Shown in pieces: positions 1-8,066 of a stretch of DNA of 10,851 nt. Numbering within the stretch: the stretch's first letter is position 1; the number at the start of each line of letters is the position of its first letter. A program made the translations under genes and the position numbers. Source of the stretch: Promethearchaeota archaeon (lineage in GTDB: Archaea; Asgardarchaeota; Lokiarchaeia; Sigyniarchaeales; SOKP01). The notes under the pieces were generated by a model. The model searched no databases. It was not told where the DNA came from and saw only the letters and a program-made list of their open reading frames with translations. Location: NCBI GenBank assembly GCA_048938025.1, contig JBHLMP010000003.1, positions 1 through 10,851 of the forward strand, given 5' to 3'.

Positions 1-14
1 AGAAAAGAAATGAG

Positions 15-770
15 TTAAGAAGATTTTTCGAATAATAAGTTATAATATTCTCTTAATTTTTCAATTTGAATTTGTCCAGGTGCTGTTTTTTCATCTAAAG
101 AGCAGTAGGTCATGAATGAACCATAATTTACGCATATTATTCTTGAAAAAATTCCGATTTCTCCCATGCAAAAAGAAATTATTTTTCTATTATTTTTAGA
201 AAAATATTGGCATAATTTTATTGGAATTAAATTATCTTCGAAATTTTGAGCTGTAAATATAACTTTATATATGCTTTTTTCTACTATATTGGCATTTATT
301 AAAAGCTTTTTAATTAATTTATCTTCAAACCTTAAAATTAGTTCAAGAGCTTCCTTATAAGAATAAGTTTTTTCATAATCATGATAAGAGAAAATCAGAG
401 TGATTTTTTTATTAGTAGCTAAATTTATAATATAATTAAGAATTTCTTTTTCAGAATTCATCTCAATATCAATAAAGCCAGGTTGGGCTTCAAGTAAATT
501 TTCTAGAATCCTTAATCTTTCTTTTTTATCAACCTTTAATTGTCCTCCCTCAGAATAATCTCTAAGTGTAAAAATTGTAGGAATAGTTGGATGAATCATG
601 CTTAATAGACTAGATCCTAATTCTCTTGTTAAATTTTCAACATTATTTATAAAATCGAACCTTAATTCAATGAAATCAGGTTTTTCATCTAATGCTTTTT
701 TGATGAGTGATAAATTTGTGTCATAATTATTAGTTTTTATCGGAATAGCAACACATATATTGAATTTCAT
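15..770 (-). CDS. aroD: Type I 3-dehydroquinate dehydratase
   Basis: Type I DHQase motifs ELRFD, FTLR..SEGG, IDIE, SYHDY, MGEIGIFSR and TAPGQ are present in order. ATG at 770 (MKFNICVAIP) is preferred over the TTG at 782. Confidence 0.93.
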   Translation of the reverse strand: MKFNICVAIPIKTNNYDTNLSLIKKALDEKPDFIELRFDFINNVENLTRELGSSLLSMIHPTIPTIFTLRDYSEGGQLKVDKKERLRILENLLEAQPGFIDIEMNSEKEILNYIINLATNKKITLIFSYHDYEKTYSYKEALELILRFEDKLIKKLLINANIVEKSIYKVIFTAQNFEDNLIPIKLCQYFSKNNRKIISFCMGEIGIFSRIICVNYGSFMTYCSLDEKTAPGQIQIEKLREYYNLLFEKSS

Positions 771-800
771 AGGAATTCTCAAAAAAAAGATTATAATTCT

Positions 801-1442
801 TTATATAAAAATAACTTCTTTTACTTTATCTTCTGATAATTTATTTGTATAATCAATTTCTTTAACTAAACCTTGATCTTTATAATAATCAATTAAAGGT
901 TTCGTATTTTTTTCATATACATCCAAACGATTATTTAGCGTTTCTTTAGTATCATCAGCTCGTTGTTTAAATTCTATTTTTTCACCGCATTTATCACAGA
1001 TCCCTTTTTTCTTTGGTTTCATAAAATATTTATTATAAATTTCACCACAATTTGGACAGGAATACCTACCAAGAATTCTTTTGATAAGAATTTTATGATC
1101 AATAGACAAAAGGATTACTGAATCAATAGTAGTGATTTCAGAAAGAAATTCCGCTTGATTAAGATTTCTTGGATATCCATCTAAAACCCATGATTTATCA
1201 CTAATTTCATCTAAACTCTTTTTGACCATATCGTTAGTTATTTCATCCGGTACAAGTTTACCCTTATCCATATATGATTTTGCTTTTAAACCTAATGGAG
1301 TTTCATTTTTTAAATTTTCTCTAAAAATATCTCCTGTACTAACGTGAATGATATCTGGCAATACTTGTTTTACTTGAGAGGAAAAAGTTCCTTTGCCAGC
1401 TCCCGGAGGGCCCAATAAAATAATATGTTTATTTTCTTGCAT
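801..1442 (-). CDS. adk: Adenylate kinase, bacterial/eukaryotic-type with zinc-binding LID
   Basis: P-loop GPPGAGKGT, HVSTGDIFR, GKLVPD, LDGYPRN..QA, LID with CPNC...CDKC, and QRADD. Confidence 0.96.
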   Translation of the reverse strand: MQENKHIILLGPPGAGKGTFSSQVKQVLPDIIHVSTGDIFRENLKNETPLGLKAKSYMDKGKLVPDEITNDMVKKSLDEISDKSWVLDGYPRNLNQAEFLSEITTIDSVILLSIDHKILIKRILGRYSCPNCGEIYNKYFMKPKKKGICDKCGEKIEFKQRADDTKETLNNRLDVYEKNTKPLIDYYKDQGLVKEIDYTNKLSEDKVKEVIFI

Positions 1443-1523
1443 GTGATAGATAAATTTTCATTAATATTATAATATTTAGGAATTTCTCATATCACTATTT
1501 AGTACAAGAGTTTTAACAATCTT

Positions 1524-2486
1524 TTAACTATTTTGAGATTTATCGAATTTTTTTATGAGTTCTATTATTTGTGCTTTTCTATAAGAAGCAGGAACTTTAA
1601 TATTATTCTTAGCACAATACTCTTTTAATTGATTAACTGTCCATTTGTTATAATCAATTTCTTGCTTTTTCTCAACTTCTTTCTCAATTTTCTTCTGTGG
1701 TGGAGTTGTTGTCATTTCTAAAACTTCTATTGCTTCAATAGTATTATTTTCATTATTGAAATGAACTCTTAATTTATGCCCTTCCAATTCAATAACTTCT
1801 TTTGGGAGCTTTTTTAAAGGTTCCCATTCTGTTTCTTCAACTGGTTTACCAAAAATTTCAGCTTTTTTAATGATAATACCATAAAGAGTATTATTCCCGA
1901 TTAATATATGAGCTCTCTTATAATCATCTGGAAGCTTAACTGAAAGAACTTTTGTTAAAATTTCTTTTTGTGATATACTTGTTGTATCAATCAAACTTTT
2001 TGAAGGTTTGGTTAAAACCTGTTTATTTTTGGTATATAAACTGCTTTTCTGCGTTTTAGGTACTACTTTTTGAGTCTTGATAGGGGGTGGTGAATTATTC
2101 AAAATAACAAACTGAGGTTGTTTATTATATTCTTCTTTTGCAGTTATTTGAGGTTTGAATCTAAACGCATTTAAAAATTCCTGAGGTTCATCTCCTTGAT
2201 CTACTGATACAATCTTACACCGATGAAATTTTGCCGAAAATATTAATTCTTGCTGTAATTCTGTTGCAACGCGAGAAGCGATAAATTTTTTTCTAACTGT
2301 TGATGTCGCACCGTTCCATATATATATTCTCCTAAGATCTTCTTTAACTATTAGAGCAACTTGGGAATCATTTAAAACTTTACTCCCATTGTTTTGACGA
2401 AATTCTTGTTCTGTTATATTTAATCTTTCTCTTTCACCAGTATCGTTCAATTCATATATCATGAAAGTAGAATAAGTATCTGACAT
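1524..2486 (-). CDS. Gelsolin-like domain protein with a second globular domain and a C-terminal HeH/SAP/Rho-N-like motif
   Basis: The N-terminal ~110 aa match a gelsolin repeat (LNDSQVALIV, IYIWNGATS...K..A, VDQGDEPQEFL). A low-complexity K/T/S/P linker and a beta-rich domain follow. The tail DYNKWTVNQLKEYC...IKVPASYRKAQIIELI resembles a helix-extension-helix. Start placed at MSDTY (2486); the ORF track extends to 2543. Confidence 0.75.
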   Translation of the reverse strand: MSDTYSTFMIYELNDTGERERLNITEQEFRQNNGSKVLNDSQVALIVKEDLRRIYIWNGATSTVRKKFIASRVATELQQELIFSAKFHRCKIVSVDQGDEPQEFLNAFRFKPQITAKEEYNKQPQFVILNNSPPPIKTQKVVPKTQKSSLYTKNKQVLTKPSKSLIDTTSISQKEILTKVLSVKLPDDYKRAHILIGNNTLYGIIIKKAEIFGKPVEETEWEPLKKLPKEVIELEGHKLRVHFNNENNTIEAIEVLEMTTTPPQKKIEKEVEKKQEIDYNKWTVNQLKEYCAKNNIKVPASYRKAQIIELIKKFDKSQNS

Positions 2487-2608
2487 TTTATTTTTCTTTT
2501 GAAAATTAGTTAAATACATTATAAGAGTACATATTTTTAACATTATTTCTATAGTTACATAGAGAGAAGATTTATCGTAATACTATAAATGAATGAAGAA
2601 GTTATTAA

Positions 2609-3448
2609 TCACGTCTCACCGCCACCATAAAGAAAAAAATCTGGTATCAGTGTCGAATTTGGTGCTATTGAATATTTTCCTAGATCAGCGACTCCATTTT
2701 CAATTAAAACTTCATCATCTATGAAAAAATTGCCTGTACACTCTCTACTGGGTTTTGTTAAGATAAAATATGCGGCATCTGCTACGATTTCAGGCTTTCT
2801 TGAGTGTTTAATAGCTTGTTCTCCCCCCAATAAGTTTTTTACAGCCGCTGTTGCTATAGCTGTTCTTGGCCACAATGCATTAACCGCAATCCCATCATTT
2901 TTTAATTCTTCAGCCATTCCCAAAACACACATACTCATTCCGTACTTAGACATAGTATAAGCTAAATGATTTGCGAACCATTTTGGATCCATATTTAATG
3001 GAGGTGAAAGATTGAGAATATGGGGATTTTCAGCGTTTTTTAAATGAGGAATACATAATTTTGAACATAAAAAAGTTCCTCGAACATTGACTGAAAACAT
3101 AAGATCAAAACGCTTCATTGGAGTCTGTAGCGTTGGACTTAAGTTTATTGCACTAGCATCATTAATTAAAGCATCAATTCCACCAAATTTTTTTACTGTA
3201 GCATCCACAGCAGCTTCTACTTGATCTTCAAATCTTATATCAGCAACACATGGAAGTGCTTTACCTCCAGCAGCTTCAATATCTTCAACAGAACTATAAA
3301 CTGTTCCGGGTAATTTAGGATGAGGCTCACTAGTCTTAGCTACTACAGCAATATTAGCTCCATCTTTGGCCGCTCGTAAAGCAATTGCTTTCCCTATACC
3401 TCTGCTTGCGCCAGTAATAAATAAAGTTTTATTTTTTAAATGTCTCAT
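2609..3448 (-). CDS. Short-chain dehydrogenase/reductase, HSDL2-like, without an SCP2 domain
   Basis: TGASRGIG Rossmann motif, PHPKLPGT, NPHILNLSPPL, catalytic YTMSK, NALWPRT.IATAA and TGNFFIDD. Confidence 0.92.
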   Translation of the reverse strand: MRHLKNKTLFITGASRGIGKAIALRAAKDGANIAVVAKTSEPHPKLPGTVYSSVEDIEAAGGKALPCVADIRFEDQVEAAVDATVKKFGGIDALINDASAINLSPTLQTPMKRFDLMFSVNVRGTFLCSKLCIPHLKNAENPHILNLSPPLNMDPKWFANHLAYTMSKYGMSMCVLGMAEELKNDGIAVNALWPRTAIATAAVKNLLGGEQAIKHSRKPEIVADAAYFILTKPSRECTGNFFIDDEVLIENGVADLGKYSIAPNSTLIPDFFLYGGGET

Positions 3449-3574
3449 TAAATAATTCACGTTTTTAATTCTTTATTCTACTACATTATCTTTTTTTTGA
3501 TAATATGATTAATTATATTAAATATCAATGCTGATAAATATCATTTATATTTATAATTTAAAAGTAAGTTATAA

Positions 3575-4162
3575 TTATCCTGTAAAATAGGAATTTTTAA
3601 TGTTTTTTATTAGAAAATTTACTTTTTTCTTTTCATTGATAGATAAAAGTGTAGGAAATTTACTTTTGATGGAAGTACCATAATAACTATTGCCAAAAAA
3701 TGTATTTACTCCAACTATAGTTTCTATTATATACCTTTTGCTTCCTAAATGGAGATAAATAGAAATATCATTAATTATTAAAAAATCAGTAGGATTATCT
3801 TTAAAATTATTAAGAATTTTAGATGTTATTTTATAATTAGAACACATATTTTTATAAAGTTCAGATTTATTTTTTGCTTTTAAACGAGGTGGAATAATTT
3901 CTCCTTCAAAGATAAAATTTTTACATTTAAAGCTCTCATTATAGTAATCTTGTATTCTTCCACCTATTTTTAAATTCTTAAAAACAGCTAATTTAGGAGC
4001 AAAATCTAAAATACTAATCTCTTGCGGATTAATTTTTTTTTCCTCTAAAAGAAATTTGACAAATTTTGCTGTATATAATGTCTTTTTTGTATCAGTTTCT
4101 CCATATAATAAAGTAGAATGGCCTATACATTCGTTGAAATTTAAATAATTAATGAGCTTCAT
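3575..4162 (-). CDS. Hypothetical protein, P-loop NTPase-like with degenerate Walker motifs
   Basis: TLLYGETDTKKT resembles Walker A with G>K, and FLIINDIS resembles Walker B. The long ORF is co-oriented with its neighbours. ATG at 4162 preferred. Confidence 0.6.
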   Translation of the reverse strand: MKLINYLNFNECIGHSTLLYGETDTKKTLYTAKFVKFLLEEKKINPQEISILDFAPKLAVFKNLKIGGRIQDYYNESFKCKNFIFEGEIIPPRLKAKNKSELYKNMCSNYKITSKILNNFKDNPTDFLIINDISIYLHLGSKRYIIETIVGVNTFFGNSYYGTSIKSKFPTLLSINEKKKVNFLIKNIKNSYFTG

Positions 4163-4185
4163 ATGCAAAAATGTTAAAATAATAG

Positions 4186-4770
4186 TTATTTAAAAAAATC
4201 CTCCCATGATATTCCTGCTTTTTTTAATACTAACAAAATTGTAAATCCAATTATACATCCCGGAATACAACTTAAAGCGAATAAACCCCAATAAGTCAGA
4301 AAACCTTCAAGTGAAAGAATTTTGCCTATTGGCGAAATTAATTGACCAATCGTTCCTCCTATGAATACCGTGCCTAGTGGTTCTGTTAAAGCAGATAATT
4401 CCACGTTTTTTGGAGCTTTTTTACGCAAAAGATAAGAAAAAGCTCCTACTACTAATGCGCCTGATATTCCCCCATGAAAGGCATGGATTGTTCCAATTCC
4501 TAAAGAAAATCGTAAAATAGCTATACCTAATGCAGTTATACATGAAAAAGTGAGTCCAATTAGAACACCAGTTATCGCATTAACAATGTGGGCAAAAGGG
4601 TTAATTTTAGTACCAAATATTAAAAAATAGGCAAATGGATTAATATAACTTAAGACTAATCCTACTGCTATAAAAATTCCTGTTGTAGCAATTTTTTTAT
4701 TTAAAGTAATTTGAGATGCTCGTTTTTCTTTATTTTCTTTATTCAGATCTAAAGAATTGTTTTCACTCAT
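4186..4770 (-). CDS. thiW: ECF transporter S component, ThiW family (thiazole/thiamine precursor)
   Basis: Several hydrophobic helices with a ThiW-like pattern: P..H.VN...GVL.G, R..LG.GT..AF.G...GAL..G, E.LGT..IG. Confidence 0.85.
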   Translation of the reverse strand: MSENNSLDLNKENKEKRASQITLNKKIATTGIFIAVGLVLSYINPFAYFLIFGTKINPFAHIVNAITGVLIGLTFSCITALGIAILRFSLGIGTIHAFHGGISGALVVGAFSYLLRKKAPKNVELSALTEPLGTVFIGGTIGQLISPIGKILSLEGFLTYWGLFALSCIPGCIIGFTILLVLKKAGISWEDFFK

Positions 4771-4966
4771 TTTTTGATCTAGACTTATTTTACATTTCTA
4801 ATTTTTATCAATTATATTTTAATTATGAACAAAAAATAAAATCCTATTAAAATTTAAACACATTTTATATAGATTATATGATTTAATCTTTTAAGGTATT
4901 AAAAATATTGTTAAATTCAGAGAAATTATGTCTTTAATTACATCCTTAGAGGTTTGCAAGTAAACT

Positions 4967-5641
4967 ATGAAAATTGGGGATTATACCATATATCCTACAA
5001 AAATTATATGTGTTGGTACTAATTATATGGATCATATTGAGGAAACTAAAATGGACATTCCCAAAGAACCTGTTTTATTTCCAAAAACTCCAAATTGTTT
5101 AATCTTAGATAATGAATCTATATTATATCCAAAATTACTATATAATAATCGAAAATATAACAGAGTCGATCATGAAGTAGAGTTAGCTTTTATTATAAAA
5201 GATAAATGCAAATTTGTAGCTCTTGAGGATGCATATAATTATATTCTTGGATATACTGTTTTTAATGATATAACTGCTCGTAAAATGCAAGTTAAAGATA
5301 TTGTTTCAAAATTACCTTGGTTTCGCTCTAAGTCGTTTGATTCCTTCGCACCTATAGGTCCTGTTATAAAAGAGGTTGATGAGATCAAAGATCCTCATAA
5401 TCTCAACATTGAATTAAAAGTAAATGGAGAGATTAAACAATCTTCTAATACAAGATATTTATTATTTAAAATACCAGAACTATTAGCTTACATTTCAAAA
5501 TTTTTCACAATGGAACCTGGTGATATCATAGCTACTGGTACTCCTAGTGGTATTGGTCCAATAAAACCAGGAGATTTGATTGAAGCTACTATAGAGAAAA
5601 TTGGAACTCTTAATAATAATGTAATTTTAGAAGGAGAATGA
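4967..5641 (+). CDS. Fumarylacetoacetate hydrolase family protein (copy 1)
   Basis: KIICVGTNY..H, EPVLFPK, DHEVEL, NDITAR, RSKSFDSF and GDIIATGTPSG. Confidence 0.95.
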   Translation: MKIGDYTIYPTKIICVGTNYMDHIEETKMDIPKEPVLFPKTPNCLILDNESILYPKLLYNNRKYNRVDHEVELAFIIKDKCKFVALEDAYNYILGYTVFNDITARKMQVKDIVSKLPWFRSKSFDSFAPIGPVIKEVDEIKDPHNLNIELKVNGEIKQSSNTRYLLFKIPELLAYISKFFTMEPGDIIATGTPSGIGPIKPGDLIEATIEKIGTLNNNVILEGE

Positions 5642-6324
5642 TGTTTAATATGAAAGTTGGAAATTCTACAATCCACCCAACCAAAATAATTTGCTTAGGG
5701 AGAAATTATTTAGATCATATTCAAGAGACAAAGGCACCTATACCAACAGAACCTGTGTTTTTTGGGAAGTCTTTAAACACACTTGTCACTAATAATGAGC
5801 CAATAATATATCCAAAACTTTTATATGAAAATCCAAATTATAATAGAGTTGATCATGAAGTAGAACTTGCATTTATTATTTTTCAACCTTGTAAAAACAT
5901 TTCAGCTGTTAAAGCATATGATTATATTAGGGGATATACTATTTTCCTTGATATAACTGCAAGAAAGATGCAAATTAGTGATCGAAACATAAAATTGCCC
6001 TGGTATAGAAGCAAAAATTTCGATACTTTCGCAGCTATAGGTCCTGAGATAGTTTCTTGCCATGAGATTGAGGATCCCCATAATCTGACAATTCAATTAA
6101 AAATAAATGGAGACTTAAGACAATTTTCTAACACAAAACACATGTTATTTAAAATTCCTGAAATCTTAGAGTATTTATCTAAATTTATAACTTTAAAAGC
6201 AGGTGATATAGTTGCAACTGGAACACCAAGTGGTGTATCACCTATTAAACCAGGTGATATTATTGAAGCATCGATTGAAAAAATTGGGACAATAAGACAT
6301 GAAGTAATTTTAGAGAGTGATTAA
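5638..6324 (+). CDS. Fumarylacetoacetate hydrolase family protein (copy 2)
   Basis: KIICLGRNY..H, DHEVEL, LDITAR, RSKNFDTF and GDIVATGTPSG. ATGA overlap with copy 1. Alternative starts at 5641 and 5650. Confidence 0.95.
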   Translation: MMFNMKVGNSTIHPTKIICLGRNYLDHIQETKAPIPTEPVFFGKSLNTLVTNNEPIIYPKLLYENPNYNRVDHEVELAFIIFQPCKNISAVKAYDYIRGYTIFLDITARKMQISDRNIKLPWYRSKNFDTFAAIGPEIVSCHEIEDPHNLTIQLKINGDLRQFSNTKHMLFKIPEILEYLSKFITLKAGDIVATGTPSGVSPIKPGDIIEASIEKIGTIRHEVILESD

Positions 6325-6382
6325 TTTTTTAATATTAAAGAATAATAAATAATTGATTTATTTAATTTATACTTATGAACCT

Positions 6383-6398
6383 AAAAATTTTTTAAATA
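6383..6398 (+). promoter_or_regulatory. Putative BRE/TATA promoter for a leaderless transcript of the small ORF
   Basis: An A-run followed by TTTAAATA (6391-6398), ending about 20 nt before the ATG at 6419. The AT-rich background limits certainty. Confidence 0.4.
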
Positions 6399-6418
6399 AT
6401 ATCATTTTCTTTTTACTA

Positions 6419-6604
6419 ATGAATTCAGAGGTTAATGAAGAAACAAAGAAGGAAATTTTTAGACTAATCTCTACCCCTGGAATTGAGATAGAAGATATTG
6501 TAGAACGAGTAAATCTAGATTACGATAAAGTCATGAAAATATTATCTGATGAATATTTACGAAATAATTTAGATTATGGTCGTCGTCTATGTTGTAGATT
6601 TTAA
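6419..6604 (+). CDS. Small hypothetical protein (61 aa), HTH-like
   Basis: ATG at 6419. The segment EIFRLISTPGIEIEDIVERVNLDYDKVMKIL has the hydrophobic spacing of an HTH. The protein ends RRLCCRF. Confidence 0.65.
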   Translation: MNSEVNEETKKEIFRLISTPGIEIEDIVERVNLDYDKVMKILSDEYLRNNLDYGRRLCCRF

Positions 6605-6719
6605 AGTTAAATTTTACCTTTAGTGGTATTTTAATAAAACTTTTTAACTTTTATTCATTTTTAAAAATACTAAGTTCACAATGGATTTTTTAATGGCTTA
6701 GGACGTAATAACTATACGG

Positions 6720-6744
6720 TTTCAATATATTATAGATATTGAAA
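6720..6744. repeat. Perfect 9-bp inverted repeat with 7-nt spacer
   Basis: TTTCAATAT (6720-6728) - ATTATAG - ATATTGAAA (6736-6744). Confidence 0.6.
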
Positions 6745-6748
6745 TATA

Positions 6749-6764
6749 AGAAAAGTATTTAATA
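6749..6764 (+). promoter_or_regulatory. Putative BRE/TATA promoter of the ribosomal stalk operon
   Basis: Purine-rich AGAAAAG followed by TATTTAATA, about 70 nt upstream of the rpl11 ATG. Confidence 0.45.
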
Positions 6765-6832
6765 ATCCTATGTTCCTTTGCCTTGAAAAATTGTATTAAA
6801 TAATATTTTAATTGAAAATTAAAAGGATTAAA

Positions 6833-7330
6833 ATGAGTAAGAAGGGTAAAGTTGTAGTAAAAGCATTGGTTACAGGTGGAGCCGCATCAGGTGGTCCACC
6901 TATCGGTCCAGCTGTTGGTCCAACAGGAATTAACATTAAAGACGTTGTTGACGTTGTTAATGAAAAGACCATGATATTCAAAGGATTAACAGTACCAGTA
7001 AGAATTGAATGTGATCCTGAAACGAAACAATTTGAAATTTTCGTTGAAACACCAAGCACAGCTTCATTGCTTCTAAAAGAACTCGGTGTGGAGAAGGGCT
7101 CCTCAAACAGTTTAGAAGATAAAGTAGGAGATTTAACATTAGACCAAATTCAAAATGTAGCTAGAGCTAAAAGAGATATTTTTTTGGATAAATCTTATAA
7201 AACAAGCATAAAGACTGTTTTGGGAACAGCCTTGTCTATCGGTGCTACTGTAGAAGGTGAATCTCCAAAAATGATTCAAAAAAAAATTGATAATGGAGAA
7301 TATGATGGCATTATTAAGGAGGAAGGATAA
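6833..7330 (+). CDS. rpl11: 50S ribosomal protein uL11 (archaeal type)
   Basis: LVTGGAASGGPPIGPAVGPTG, FKGLTVPV, TPSTASLL.KELG and VLGTALSIG. ATG at 6833 follows an AGGA. Confidence 0.97.
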   Translation: MSKKGKVVVKALVTGGAASGGPPIGPAVGPTGINIKDVVDVVNEKTMIFKGLTVPVRIECDPETKQFEIFVETPSTASLLLKELGVEKGSSNSLEDKVGDLTLDQIQNVARAKRDIFLDKSYKTSIKTVLGTALSIGATVEGESPKMIQKKIDNGEYDGIIKEEG

Positions 7331-7333
7331 AAT

Positions 7334-8062
7334 ATGAAAATAGATGATAAATTATTAAAGAGATCCCTTAATGCTGCCATTGAATTTTCGGTTTTTAAAA
7401 AAAAAGGGCACAAAGATAAAGTAAGGAAATTTGATGAGACAATTGATCTCATCTTAAACATTAAAGATGTGAATCTTAATGATCCAAAGGCTAGAATTGA
7501 TAAAGAATTAATACTTCCAAATGCAGTTATTGCAACAGATAAACCAAATATTTGTGTAATTGCTTCTGATGAGATATTATTAGAAGCTAAAAAATTGGGT
7601 CTTGATACACTTGATCGTGAAGCTTTAGCAAGAATTAACAATGAAGAAAAAAAATATAAAAAAAAATTTGTAAAAAAGTATGACTTCTTTGTAGTTGAGG
7701 ATAAAGAAATGCGAAATGTGGCTAGGTATCTAGCGCGTTTTTTAGGACCAGTTGGAAAAATGCCTAAACCTTTTCCAAGCGGATATGGAATTATCTCATC
7801 AGTAGATGATTTGAATACAGCTATTGAACGTTACAGAAAGATTATTAGAGTTCAAATGAAGAAACAATCAGTAATTCAAGTAAAAGTTGGCAAAAAATCC
7901 ATGGATTCAAATAATTTACTTGAAAACATGAAAACAGTAGTAGATTATATTGTAGATTTAATGCCGCATAAATATAATAATGTTAAATCAATGTTCCTAA
8001 AAACGACAATGGGACATCCTATTAGGGTTGATAATGATTATCTCACAAGTTTGGGGGTGTAA
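7334..8062 (+). CDS. rpl1: 50S ribosomal protein uL1
   Basis: RKFDETIDL, LGPVGKMPKP, VG...M....L.EN and LKTTMG, plus operon position and an upstream GGAGG. Confidence 0.97.
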   Translation: MKIDDKLLKRSLNAAIEFSVFKKKGHKDKVRKFDETIDLILNIKDVNLNDPKARIDKELILPNAVIATDKPNICVIASDEILLEAKKLGLDTLDREALARINNEEKKYKKKFVKKYDFFVVEDKEMRNVARYLARFLGPVGKMPKPFPSGYGIISSVDDLNTAIERYRKIIRVQMKKQSVIQVKVGKKSMDSNNLLENMKTVVDYIVDLMPHKYNNVKSMFLKTTMGHPIRVDNDYLTSLGV

Positions 8063-8066
8063 ATGA

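Noticed and set aside
3145-3170. SDR motif reads NDASAI rather than the usual NNASAI
   Set aside because: It is a single conservative substitution with the catalytic YxxxK and Rossmann motifs intact.
4771-4966. TPP riboswitch upstream of thiW
   Set aside because: The region is extremely AT-rich and lacks the CUGAGA and ACCUGA core motifs on the minus strand.
7773-7793. Hairpin TTCCA...TGGAA over the short SGYGI insertion in rpl1 as a second intron
   Set aside because: There is no exon-side helix beyond a 3-nt bulge, and the reading frame is intact.
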